From assembly GCA_016204995.1 (NCBI GenBank), contig JACQJR010000001.1, positions 473,666 through 537,665 on the forward strand: a stretch of 64,000 bases of DNA, read 5' to 3'. Both the position numbers and the translations under genes were made by a program. This document shows, in pieces, positions 34,956 to 43,795 of this stretch. This DNA is from Candidatus Microgenomates bacterium (GTDB lineage Bacteria; Patescibacteriota; Microgenomatia; UBA8517; JACQJR01). Each line of letters opens with the position of its first letter. Position 1 is the first letter of the stretch. Below the pieces are notes generated by a model. It saw nothing but the letters and a program-made list of their open reading frames with translations, searched no databases and was not told the origin of the DNA.

Positions 34956-35362
34956 AGCGGGAATTTTCTGCCGGTGGAGTAGTCTTCAATGATCAAGGCC
35001 AAGTTCTTTTAATAATAGTTGACGCAGCCAAGCGTCATTACTGGGAATTCCCCAAGGGTCATATTGATGGAGATGAAACAACGAAAGTTGCTGCTTTAAG
35101 AGAAGTAGAGGAAGAAGCTGGTATTAAAACGGAAATTGCGGATAAAATTGATATCTCCAAGTATATTTACACCAGCAGGACCGGCGAGAAAATCTTTAAG
35201 GTAGTGACTTTCTTTTTGATGAAATACCTCAACGGAGAACCAAAGCCGATGGAAGGTGAGATAGCAGAAGTGGGTTGGTTTACTCCCCAAGAAGCGATGA
35301 AGAAATTAAGCTTTGCTCAAGACAAACAACATCTGGCAAAGGCTTTAGAGATGTTAAGTTAG
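34952..35362 (+). CDS. NUDIX hydrolase
   Basis: Canonical Nudix box GHIDGDETTKVAALREVEEEAGI. Start at MKREFSAGG, a 4 bp ATGA overlap with the upstream gene. Confidence 0.7.
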   Translation: MKREFSAGGVVFNDQGQVLLIIVDAAKRHYWEFPKGHIDGDETTKVAALREVEEEAGIKTEIADKIDISKYIYTSRTGEKIFKVVTFFLMKYLNGEPKPMEGEIAEVGWFTPQEAMKKLSFAQDKQHLAKALEMLS

Positions 35363-35390
35363 CGGGCGCTTTGTTTTGATATAATGCGCT

Positions 35391-35741
35391 ATGGATGAAC
35401 AATGGAAAATACTCTTATACAGAACTCTTCAAGGAGACTCGCCAGTACAAAAATTCATTAATAGTTTAGAATTAAGAGCGCAAGCAAAAGTTTATGATGC
35501 AATAAACTTATTGAGGAATTTTGGCATAAAGTTAGGTTCACCACACGTCAAGAAAGTGGCTGGAACTCAAATCTGGGAACTGCGCATTTTAGGAGCGGAT
35601 AGTATACGATTGTTTTATATTGCCATAACTGGTAAAACATTCTTAATCTTGCATGGCTTCAAAAAGAAAAAGGATAAGACTTCGCCAAAAGAGATTAGAA
35701 TCGCCGAAGAAAGACTAGTAAATCATAGATCTCGGGTATAA
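35391..35741 (+). CDS. RelE/ParE-superfamily toxin (HigB / phage Gp49-like addiction-module killer)
   Basis: 116 aa. GTQIWELRILGADSIRLFYIAITGKTFLILHGFKKK is typical of HigB/Gp49-like toxins. Followed 1 bp later by an HTH gene. Confidence 0.6.
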   Translation: MDEQWKILLYRTLQGDSPVQKFINSLELRAQAKVYDAINLLRNFGIKLGSPHVKKVAGTQIWELRILGADSIRLFYIAITGKTFLILHGFKKKKDKTSPKEIRIAEERLVNHRSRV

Positions 35742-35742
35742 A

Positions 35743-36105
35743 TTGAAATCTTGCAATTATAAGCAGAGCTTGAAATTTGCAATTATAGCAGTTCTGCTAT
35801 ATAATAGATTTATTATGAAAAATTATGGACATTTAGATTGGAAAGATTTTGAAAAAGAATTACTGGCAAGGCCTGATTTCAAAGAAGCACAAAAGGAAAC
35901 AAGACTTGAGTATGAGATTGCTAGAGCTTTGATCAAGGCCAGACTTGAAAAAGGCTTAACTCAAGCTGAGATTGCCAGAAGGATGAATACTAAACAATCT
36001 GTTATTTCTCGCGTTGAAAACGCCAGAACTATACCTTCTCTTGCTTTCTTAAAAAGATTGGCAGAGGTTTTAAATGCTTCTTTAGAAGTCCAATTTAAAT
36101 TCTAA
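35743..36105 (+). CDS. XRE-family HTH antitoxin (HigA-like)
   Basis: LTQAEIARRMNTKQSVISRVENARTIPSLAFLKRLAEVL helix-turn-helix. Lies downstream of the toxin, as in higBA. Confidence 0.55.
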   Translation: MKSCNYKQSLKFAIIAVLLYNRFIMKNYGHLDWKDFEKELLARPDFKEAQKETRLEYEIARALIKARLEKGLTQAEIARRMNTKQSVISRVENARTIPSLAFLKRLAEVLNASLEVQFKF

Positions 36106-36115
36106 AATTATTTAT

Positions 36116-36379
36116 CTATATTTCTATCAACTTGTCTATAGATACCCCGAGCACTTTAGCAATTTTCCACATCACAAATACAGTTGGATGGTACTTACCT
36201 AATTCTAAATGTCCCACATAAGTCAAATGTAACCCTGCCTTATCAGCTAATTCCTGTTGGGTCATTTTCTTATTCCTTCTAGCCTCTTTTATTTGCTGAC
36301 TTAAATGTTTAGCAAACTTATCCTTGAGTCTTCTATTCTCCTTAGCATCTACCGGAGTTTTGAAATTTAAAGTAGCCAT
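36116..36379 (-). CDS. XRE-family HTH transcriptional regulator
   Basis: MTQQELADKAGLHLTYVGHLELGKYHPTVFVMWKIAKVLGVSIDKL. Confidence 0.55.
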   Translation of the reverse strand: MATLNFKTPVDAKENRRLKDKFAKHLSQQIKEARRNKKMTQQELADKAGLHLTYVGHLELGKYHPTVFVMWKIAKVLGVSIDKLIEI

Positions 36380-36465
36380 ACCTTAAATTTTCTAGAGTAG
36401 TCATATATTTTTATATAGCGTACTCATCTAATTTCTGATAAGATATTGATGGAGAAATTACCTAT

Positions 36466-38202
36466 ATGTCTAATTTTGTAAGAGCAAATTTTTATTTAAT
36501 TCTGGTTTTCTTTTTAGCTTTTTTATTAAGAGTGTGGTGGTTAAATATTTTTCCAATAGCCATAACGCATGATGAGCAAGAGTATATTATGCAGGCTAAA
36601 TCTTTATTCTTTACAGGGCAAGGGATACCGACTGCTCCTATGTTTGGTTTATTCTCCTGGGGACAACAAAGTTCTGGTAATGTATTGGCTGAATTACCAT
36701 CTTTCTTAATTGCACCGATAATAGGACTATTTAGTTCTTCCCAATTTATTGCCAGATTACCATATGCCTTTGTTTCCTCCCTTACAGTAGTGATTGTTTA
36801 TTTCATTTTTAGTTTTCTAACTAAGAAAAAGTTTCTAGCACTTTTAATAAGTTTGATCTTAGCCTTAAATCCTTGGAGTATCCATTTTGGGAGAACAAGC
36901 TTTGAGTTTACATTTTCTGTATTCTTTTATCTAACTGGTATTTATTTTGCAGTTAAGGCTAACAAATGGAGTATTTTTTATGCTCTACCCTTTTTTACAT
37001 CAGGTTTCCTAAGCTATCATGGAGCTAAATTATTATTTTTTCCTTTAATAGCTTTAGTTTGTCTATGGAAATATTTAGATAATAGGAAAATAGACTGTAA
37101 ACCATTACTATCTCTAGTCACTTTAGCCTTGCTTATCAGTTTTTCTTATTTTGTCACACTTAAATATCAGCCATCTAACGCCAGAGCAGGAGAATTAGTT
37201 TTCTATAATAGTGACATTGCAAGTAGCAGCGTTGATAATGAAAGAAAATCAGCTGTTCCAGGATTTCAGCAACAGATCTTTTTGAATAAGGCAACATATT
37301 TTTACAAAAGGCTTACAGATACCTATCTACACACTTTTTCAACAGACTTTCTATTCGTTTCGGGAGAGAATCGGGGAGCATATTCATTCTGGATCCACGG
37401 ACTATTTTACTATATAGATTTTCCTTTAATAATTCTGGGGTTAATAGGTCTTTACACCATCAGTAAGAGAGTCTGGTGGCTGATTGTTGGTATTATAGCC
37501 ATATCTCCTATAACTTCGGTGCTAAGCGGAGGAGAACCATCATACGTAATCAGATCTGGATTAATTTTTCCATTATTAGCAGCTTTATCAGGAATAGGGA
37601 TTTGGTTTTTATTGAACCAATTAAAAAGGTACAGAGTTTTTATAGGAGGAGCCATTCTGATTATTTACCTTTTTTCGGTAGCCAACTTTCTTAATCTATA
37701 TTTTACTCGTTATCCAATTTACAACAGTGAAGGGTTCTTCTTTAGTAACAAAGTTTTATCAAGGTATGTTGATTTAAATTTAGCCAAAGGATCGGCAACT
37801 CCAATCATAATTTCAGTAGTAGAACCAAGAATAGTCTTTGAAAAATTTCTTTTCTACAATAATTTCTACACCAAAGGAAGTGCTAGAGACATTAACCAAA
37901 AAATAGCTCAAAAGGATTTTAGTTATAAAAATATAAGATTTATTGATAAATGTGATCAGATTACAGCTACTAGTAGTGCCACTTACGTCTACGAAGCAAA
38001 AATGGAATGCAATAAACAACTTCAACCAACTACAAGAATTTTGTCCCCAGTTGATGCTGGATCGTTGTTTATCATTAAAAATGATAAATTATGTAAATCA
38101 TATAATTTATCTAGGTACCCAAGAATAAATAAAATATCTGAGTTTAATGTTTATAAACTTTCAGAAGACGACTTTTGTAAGATTTGGATCTCCATGCTTT
38201 AA
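36466..38202 (+). CDS. GT-C fold membrane glycosyltransferase (ArnT/PMT, family 39-like)
   Basis: 578 aa, about 11 TM helices. An early loop carries an acidic motif (AITHDEQEY). Similar architecture to 54850..56508. Confidence 0.55.
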   Translation: MSNFVRANFYLILVFFLAFLLRVWWLNIFPIAITHDEQEYIMQAKSLFFTGQGIPTAPMFGLFSWGQQSSGNVLAELPSFLIAPIIGLFSSSQFIARLPYAFVSSLTVVIVYFIFSFLTKKKFLALLISLILALNPWSIHFGRTSFEFTFSVFFYLTGIYFAVKANKWSIFYALPFFTSGFLSYHGAKLLFFPLIALVCLWKYLDNRKIDCKPLLSLVTLALLISFSYFVTLKYQPSNARAGELVFYNSDIASSSVDNERKSAVPGFQQQIFLNKATYFYKRLTDTYLHTFSTDFLFVSGENRGAYSFWIHGLFYYIDFPLIILGLIGLYTISKRVWWLIVGIIAISPITSVLSGGEPSYVIRSGLIFPLLAALSGIGIWFLLNQLKRYRVFIGGAILIIYLFSVANFLNLYFTRYPIYNSEGFFFSNKVLSRYVDLNLAKGSATPIIISVVEPRIVFEKFLFYNNFYTKGSARDINQKIAQKDFSYKNIRFIDKCDQITATSSATYVYEAKMECNKQLQPTTRILSPVDAGSLFIIKNDKLCKSYNLSRYPRINKISEFNVYKLSEDDFCKIWISML

Positions 38203-38233
38203 AAATTGACTTTTTCTGCACTATCCCGAAATG

Positions 38234-38317
38234 CGGAGGAGGTGGGATTCGAACCCACGAGAGCTTGCGCTCACACGCTTTCCAAGCGTGCGGAATAAAC
38301 CGCTATCCGACTCCTCC
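38234..38317 (-). tRNA. tRNA-Ser (anticodon GGA)
   Basis: Minus strand GGAGGAG..ACGCTTGGAAAGCGT (anticodon loop)..long variable arm..GTGGGTTCGAATCCCAC..CTCCTCCG. Confidence 0.8.
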
Positions 38318-38344
38318 AATTAGTGTATAATTCTACCACATATT

Positions 38345-38794
38345 ATGGCTGAAAGACTAGAGAAGGGTGTTGATTATCCCGGCGTGACTATTGTTTATTT
38401 TTGCCATGACGGTAATGGCAAGTTCATCATGGCTAAAAGAAGTCATAATACCCGCGATGAACATGGTAGGTGGGATATTAGGGCTGGCGCTTTAGAATTT
38501 GGAGATACACCAGAGCAAACACTCCGTAAAGAAATAAGCGAAGAATATTGTACAGAAGTAGTTAGTTTTGAATTTTTAGGTTTTAGAGATGTCCAAAGGG
38601 AACATCAAGGAAAAAAGACTCATTGGCTTGCTTTAGATTTTAAAATGCGAGTTGATCCTAGCAAAGTTAAAAATGGTGAGCCACACAAATTTGAAGCAAT
38701 AGGTTGGTTTAGTTTAGATGATAGGCCAGCGGACGAGGAAGTTCATTCTCAATTCCCGCATTTTCTAGAATTGTATACATCAAAACTTCGTTAA
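38345..38794 (+). CDS. NUDIX hydrolase
   Basis: Nudix box GALEFGDTPEQTLRKEISEEYC. Confidence 0.7.
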   Translation: MAERLEKGVDYPGVTIVYFCHDGNGKFIMAKRSHNTRDEHGRWDIRAGALEFGDTPEQTLRKEISEEYCTEVVSFEFLGFRDVQREHQGKKTHWLALDFKMRVDPSKVKNGEPHKFEAIGWFSLDDRPADEEVHSQFPHFLELYTSKLR

Positions 38795-38835
38795 AAAATT
38801 TCCTTTTAGTGTTACAATAGAGGCCACCAAATCTT

Positions 38836-40656
38836 ATGGACTCGCTGGAAGAAATTAAATCTAAATTGGATATTGTTAGTTTTATTTCCGAGTCTGTTAA
38901 TTTGACCCGCAGTGGCCGCAATTTTAAAGCTCCCTGTCCTTTCCATAAAGAAAAAATCGCCTCTTTTATTGTCTCGCCAGAACTGCAACTGTGGCATTGT
39001 TTTGGCGCCTGTAATGAAGGGGGGGATATTTTTAAATTTTTGATGAAAATGGAGGGGATGGATTTCGGGGAGGCCCTGCGTGAAATGGCCAAGCGTACTG
39101 GTGTCAAACTGGCGTCAATTTCTGCCACTCAAGTCAGCGAAAAAGAGCAGCTTTATAAAGTTAATTATGAGATTGCCAAGTTTTATCATTATGCTTTAAC
39201 CGGCCACGAAGTGGGGCAAAACGCTCTTTATTATTTGCAACATGTGCGCGGTTTAAACATGGAAACCATCAAAACTTTTGGTTTAGGATTTGGGCCGGAT
39301 AATTCTAACTTACTGACTCAATTTCTCTTAAATAAACGTCAATTTAGCCGACTTGATGTCTTAAAAAGCGGGGTGATGATTGAGTCTAATGGGAAGCTGG
39401 TAGATAGATTTCGCAACCGCCTGGTTTTCCCTTTGCGAGATAGTCAATCTAATGTAGTTGGATTTTCCGGCCGGATTTTGCCAAAAGACGAGAATAAGGA
39501 TTTAGCTAAATACGTTAATACCCCGGAAACGTTGGTTTATCAAAAACGGCGGCATTTGTTTGGAATTGATATTACCCACCGGGCTATTAAAGAAGCAGGC
39601 TACGTCGTAGTAGTAGAAGGAGAATTTGATTTATTAAGCATCTGGCAGGCCGGCCTGCCTGCGCAGGCAGGGATTCGCAATATAGTAGCGATTAAAGGGA
39701 CGGCTTTTACAGCCGATCAAGCCAGGCTGTTAGTTCGTTTTACTAGCGAGGCAGTTTTTGCTTTAGATAGCGATAGCGCAGGCGAGCATGCGACCAAACT
39801 CGGAATTTTGATTGCCCAGGAGCAAGGTTTAAATGTCAAGGTGGCAAGTCTGGGCAGTTTTAAGGATCCGGATGAAGCAGTCCGGAGCGATGTAGTTAAA
39901 TTCAAACAGAGGCTTGAAACGGCTGTACCGGCTTATGACTTTTTTATTGATTCGGCTTTTACTAAATTTAGCGCCACCACCGCCGGAGGCGTGGCGGCAA
40001 TTAGCAAAGAACTCTCTCCTATTATTGCCGGAATTTCCGATAAAATTGTCCAGGCTCATTACATTAGGGTGCTGGCCGAAAGGTTAAGAATTAACGACGA
40101 GGCAGTGGCGGCTCAAATTGAGGGGTTAGTGAAAAGAAACAGTCTAAGTTTGCCTGCCCTGCCTGCGCAGGCAGGGCAGGCAGGTTTAAGTGGTGAAGGT
40201 CAGAAGGAAGTCGGTAAGAGCCGGCGGGAATTAATTGAGGAACAACTGGTCAGTTTAAGTTTACAGAGAGACCCGTCATTATTAACTAATGATTCTCTAA
40301 ATGAGTTGCTGCAAACGCCCATTTTAAAACGGATTAAAGAAGAATTAAAAAAATTTATCCAGGATCATCATAAATTTACCCCTCGGCAATTTTTAGAGAG
40401 TCTACCAGCAGAATTGAAAGATGAGACTGCTTCTTTACTTCTGGTAGAAGTGGCTAATGAGGATAAAGCCAAGGGCGAATTTGATCATCTTTGCGACGAA
40501 ATAGCTACAATAGATTTAAATTCCCAGATTGAACAAGTGACCAGTTTAATGAAAGCCAAAGAGCAAAAAAGTGAAAGTTTAAGTGTGGAGCAGGCCGAGC
40601 TGGCCCGACTGGTGATTGCCCTTTCGGTGATCAGGAAGCGAAACTTGTCAATTTGA
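38836..40656 (+). CDS. dnaG: DNA primase DnaG
   Basis: CHC2 zinc finger CPFHKEKIASFIVSPELQLWHCFGAC. TOPRIM (VVVVEGEFDLLS). Located upstream of rpoD. Confidence 0.9.
   Translation: MDSLEEIKSKLDIVSFISESVNLTRSGRNFKAPCPFHKEKIASFIVSPELQLWHCFGACNEGGDIFKFLMKMEGMDFGEALREMAKRTGVKLASISATQVSEKEQLYKVNYEIAKFYHYALTGHEVGQNALYYLQHVRGLNMETIKTFGLGFGPDNSNLLTQFLLNKRQFSRLDVLKSGVMIESNGKLVDRFRNRLVFPLRDSQSNVVGFSGRILPKDENKDLAKYVNTPETLVYQKRRHLFGIDITHRAIKEAGYVVVVEGEFDLLSIWQAGLPAQAGIRNIVAIKGTAFTADQARLLVRFTSEAVFALDSDSAGEHATKLGILIAQEQGLNVKVASLGSFKDPDEAVRSDVVKFKQRLETAVPAYDFFIDSAFTKFSATTAGGVAAISKELSPIIAGISDKIVQAHYIRVLAERLRINDEAVAAQIEGLVKRNSLSLPALPAQAGQAGLSGEGQKEVGKSRRELIEEQLVSLSLQRDPSLLTNDSLNELLQTPILKRIKEELKKFIQDHHKFTPRQFLESLPAELKDETASLLLVEVANEDKAKGEFDHLCDEIATIDLNSQIEQVTSLMKAKEQKSESLSVEQAELARLVIALSVIRKRNLSI
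40152..40181. repeat. 30 bp perfect GC-rich palindrome (gcctgccctgcctgcgcaggcagggcaggc) inserted in frame in dnaG. One member of a dispersed palindromic element family.
   Basis: Exact self-reverse-complement. Encodes LPALPAQAGQAG. 18 bp core copies at 39654-39671 and 26120-26137; a degenerate copy at 9060-9077. Confidence 0.85.
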
Positions 40657-40671
40657 GGTATAATTATCTTA

Positions 40672-41757
40672 ATGGTGAAGCTAAGGAAAAATTCCCAGGA
40701 ATTATTAGGCAAAGGGCAAAAGCAGGGATTTCTGACCATAGAGGAAATCCTGGAGATCTATCCTGATGCCGAGGAAAGGTTAGTAGAGCTGGATGAATTG
40801 TTTAGGCAATTAGTGTTAGAGGGGGTGGATGTTTTTGAATCTATTAGCGAAGAAGAAATGTTGGATGTGGCTAAATCTCAAGATGATTTTGAGCGGGAGA
40901 TTGAGGCTTTGGCGAAACTGGAGCAAGGAGAAGCCACCGATCCGGTGCGACAATATCTGCGGGAAATTGGTCGCTATCGCTTATTGACTTCCGAAGAAGA
41001 AGTGGAGCTAGCTAAGCGAGTAGAGAAAAGTGATCGTCGGGCTAAGGAAAAATTAACTCAATCCAATCTGCGTTTAGTAGTTTCCATAGCCAAAAAGTAT
41101 GTCGGTCGCGGTTTGTCTCTTTTGGATTTAATCCAGGAAGGCAATCAGGGTTTAATCAGGGCCGTGGAAAAATATGACTGGCGCAAAGGTTTTAAGTTTT
41201 CCACTTATGCCACTTGGTGGATTAGACAAGCGATTACCCGGGCTATTGCCGATCAAGCCCGCACCATCCGTATCCCCGTCCATATGGTGGAAACCATTAA
41301 TAAAGTTTTCCGTACATCGCGCCGTTTGATGCAAGAGTTAGGCCGGGAACCCACTAATGAAGAAATTGGCCATGAACTGGAATTAACTGGTGACCGGGTA
41401 GCAGAGATTTTCAAAATTGCCCAGGATACTACTTCTTTAGAAACACCGGTTGGCGAAGATGATGACTCAATTTTAGGTGATTTTATTGATGATACCATTA
41501 CGCCAAAGCCCGAGGAAGTGGCGGCCCGCGAACTTTTAAAGCAACAATTAGAAGAGGTATTATCTACTTTAACTCCTCGTGAAGCCCAAGTGTTGCGGAT
41601 GAGATTTGGTTTAGATGCCGGTAAAGCCCGGACTTTAGAAGAGGTAGGTCGGGAATTTGGGGTGACGCGCGAGCGGATTCGCCAAATTGAAGCTAAAGCT
41701 TTGAAAAAACTGCGCCATCCGTCCCGTCGCAAAAAACTGCAGGATTACCTTGACTGA
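40672..41757 (+). CDS. rpoD: RNA polymerase sigma-70 factor RpoD
   Basis: Regions 1.2-4 present. Region 2.4 [27 protein letters not shown]. Region 4 [16 protein letters not shown]. Confidence 0.9.
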   Translation: MVKLRKNSQELLGKGQKQGFLTIEEILEIYPDAEERLVELDELFRQLVLEGVDVFESISEEEMLDVAKSQDDFEREIEALAKLEQGEATDPVRQYLREIGRYRLLTSEEEVELAKRVEKSDRRAKEKLTQSNLRLVVSIAKKYVGRGLSLLDLIQEGNQGLIRAVEKYDWRKGFKFSTYATWWIRQAITRAIADQARTIRIPVHMVETINKVFRTSRRLMQELGREPTNEEIGHELELTGDRVAEIFKIAQDTTSLETPVGEDDDSILGDFIDDTITPKPEEVAARELLKQQLEEVLSTLTPREAQVLRMRFGLDAGKARTLEEVGREFGVTRERIRQIEAKALKKLRHPSRRKKLQDYLD

Positions 41758-41760
41758 TGT

Positions 41761-42900
41761 ATGATTCTTTACGAATTTGAAGGTAAAAAACTTCTCGTCA
41801 GTGCTGGCATTAGTGTCCCTAATTCTCAATTAATTGAATCAGCTTCTGAAAAAATAAATCTAACGGCACCTCTAGTTTTGAAGGCCCAAGTATTATCGGG
41901 TAAAAGAAAGGATGTCGGCGGAATAGTCGTAGTTGACGAAATCTCAAATCTCAAATCTCAAATCTCAAATCTCTTAAGAAAAGAAATTAATAAAGAGAAA
42001 GTAGAGAAAATTTTAGTGGAAGAAAAAGTAGATTATGAAGGCCCAGAATATTACATTTCAATTTCTTATGATACTGACAGTCGCGGGCCGGTGTTGACAA
42101 TCTCTGAAAGTGGCGGGACAGGTGTGGAAGAAAGGAAAGTTCAAGTTTATCCCATCTCTCCTCTTAATCCAGACCTTCCAGTCACTGATATTCCAGTGGA
42201 AATTTTACAAAAACTGGTGAATTTATTTTTTGATCAGGATATGTTACTTTTAGAGATTAATCCTTTGGTAAAAACTAAAGATAATCAATGGTTGGCTCTT
42301 GATGCCAAGATTAATTTAGATGATACCGCAAGAGATCGTCATCAAGAGTGGAATTTTCCGCCCCGGGCTGTAGCTGGTCATAGTCCTACGGAAGCAGAAA
42401 TTGCCGCTAAAAAAATTGATGAGGGTGATTATCGGGGGACGGCTGGCTCTACTTATTTTGATCTAGACGGCGACATTGCCATTCTGGCCTCAGGCGGCGG
42501 GGCCTCGCTGACCGCCATGGATGCACTGCTGACTGCCGGTGGCAAGCCGGCCAATTACACTGAATATTCTGGTAATCCGCCTCGCGAAAAAGTAACTAAA
42601 CTGACGCAGATTGTGCTATCCAAACCTAATTTGCATGGCTTGTGGATTGTAGGGGCTGTTGCTAATTTTACTGATATTTATGAAACATTGTCTGGTTTTA
42701 CTGAAGCTTTGCGGCAGGTTAAACCTAAACCTAATTATCCGATTGTGATTCGGCGGGGCGGGCCGCGAGATACAGAAGCCTTTGAAATGTTAAAAAACGT
42801 TCGCGATTTTGATTTACATATTTATGGGGCTGAAACGTCAATTAACGAATCGGCTAAAATTATGAGCAAGCTTGCTAAAACTTATGCTGCTGCTTCCTAA
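41761..42900 (+). CDS. Succinyl-CoA synthetase beta-subunit-like ATP-grasp protein (candidate citryl-CoA synthetase large subunit)
   Basis: 379 aa. ATP-grasp N-terminus (LYEFEGKKLL...VLKAQVLSGKRKDVGGIVVV). CoA-ligase domain (LLEINPLV, ILASGGGASLTAMD). Confidence 0.75.
   Translation: MILYEFEGKKLLVSAGISVPNSQLIESASEKINLTAPLVLKAQVLSGKRKDVGGIVVVDEISNLKSQISNLLRKEINKEKVEKILVEEKVDYEGPEYYISISYDTDSRGPVLTISESGGTGVEERKVQVYPISPLNPDLPVTDIPVEILQKLVNLFFDQDMLLLEINPLVKTKDNQWLALDAKINLDDTARDRHQEWNFPPRAVAGHSPTEAEIAAKKIDEGDYRGTAGSTYFDLDGDIAILASGGGASLTAMDALLTAGGKPANYTEYSGNPPREKVTKLTQIVLSKPNLHGLWIVGAVANFTDIYETLSGFTEALRQVKPKPNYPIVIRRGGPRDTEAFEMLKNVRDFDLHIYGAETSINESAKIMSKLAKTYAAAS
41943..41974 (+). repeat. Heptanucleotide tandem repeat (tctcaaa) x4.5 inside the sucC-like coding sequence
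   Basis: atctcaaatctcaaatctcaaatctcaaatctc encodes ISNLKSQISNL. Because the unit is 7 nt, adding or losing one unit would shift the frame. Confidence 0.8.
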
Positions 42901-43789
42901 AGGCGCCAAAATTATCGGTCAGGGAATTACCGGTTCTGAAGGATCGGTGGCAACGGGCTGGATGAAGGCTTATGGCACTAATTTAGTAGCCGGAGTGACG
43001 CCGGGCAAAGGCGGGCAAGTTGTGGAAGGGGCGCCCATTTTTAATACCATAAAAGAAGCGTTGGAGAAGGTTGACCCCGATAAAATCGGGGTTGATGGAG
43101 CAGTTCAATTTGTACCGCCTTTGCGCGTTAAAGATGCAGTGCTGGAAGCAATTGAAGCTGGCATCAAGTTTATTTTAATCGGGGCTGAAAAAGTACCCAC
43201 CAAAGACGCGGTTATTATTTATAGCCAAGCCCAGAAAAATAACGTTAATATTATCGGTCCGAGTTCTGTTGGTTTAATTAATCCGGCCAGAAAACTAAAG
43301 ATTGGTTCTATTGGCGGAGCCAATCCTGATCGGGTGTTTGCCGAAGGCTCTGTTGCGGTAATTTCCAAATCCGGCGGCATGACTTCAGAAATTGGTTTAC
43401 TATTAAAAAATAACGGTTTAGGGGTGTCGTGGGCGGTGGGAATTGGCGGAGATAGAATTATCGGCACTGATTTTAGCGATTTTTTACTGGCCGTTGAGGA
43501 AGATAGCGAAACACAGGCTTCAGTGATGTTTGGGGAATTAGGGGGCACTTATGAAGAAAGAGTGGCAAAACTGGTGAAGGAAGGTAAGATTACTAAGCCA
43601 GTGGTAGCTTTTATCGCCGGTGAATTTACTGCCCTGTTACCCAGCCAGGTGCAATTTGGTCATGCAGGTGCCATAATTGAAGGAAAGCGGGGTTTGCCTG
43701 ATTATAAAAGGAAAGTCTTAAAAGAAGCCGGAGTATTGGTAGCAGAAACGCTTGATGATATAGTAAAATTACTATTGCCTAATGCCTAG
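42872..43789 (+). CDS. Succinyl-CoA synthetase alpha-subunit-like CoA-binding protein (candidate citryl-CoA synthetase small subunit)
   Basis: CoA-binding Rossmann fold (KIIGQGITGSEGS). GVTPGKGG motif. Phosphohistidine loop region (QFGHAGAII). Confidence 0.75.
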   Translation: MLKLMLLLPKGAKIIGQGITGSEGSVATGWMKAYGTNLVAGVTPGKGGQVVEGAPIFNTIKEALEKVDPDKIGVDGAVQFVPPLRVKDAVLEAIEAGIKFILIGAEKVPTKDAVIIYSQAQKNNVNIIGPSSVGLINPARKLKIGSIGGANPDRVFAEGSVAVISKSGGMTSEIGLLLKNNGLGVSWAVGIGGDRIIGTDFSDFLLAVEEDSETQASVMFGELGGTYEERVAKLVKEGKITKPVVAFIAGEFTALLPSQVQFGHAGAIIEGKRGLPDYKRKVLKEAGVLVAETLDDIVKLLLPNA

Positions 43790-43795
43790 TCCCTA

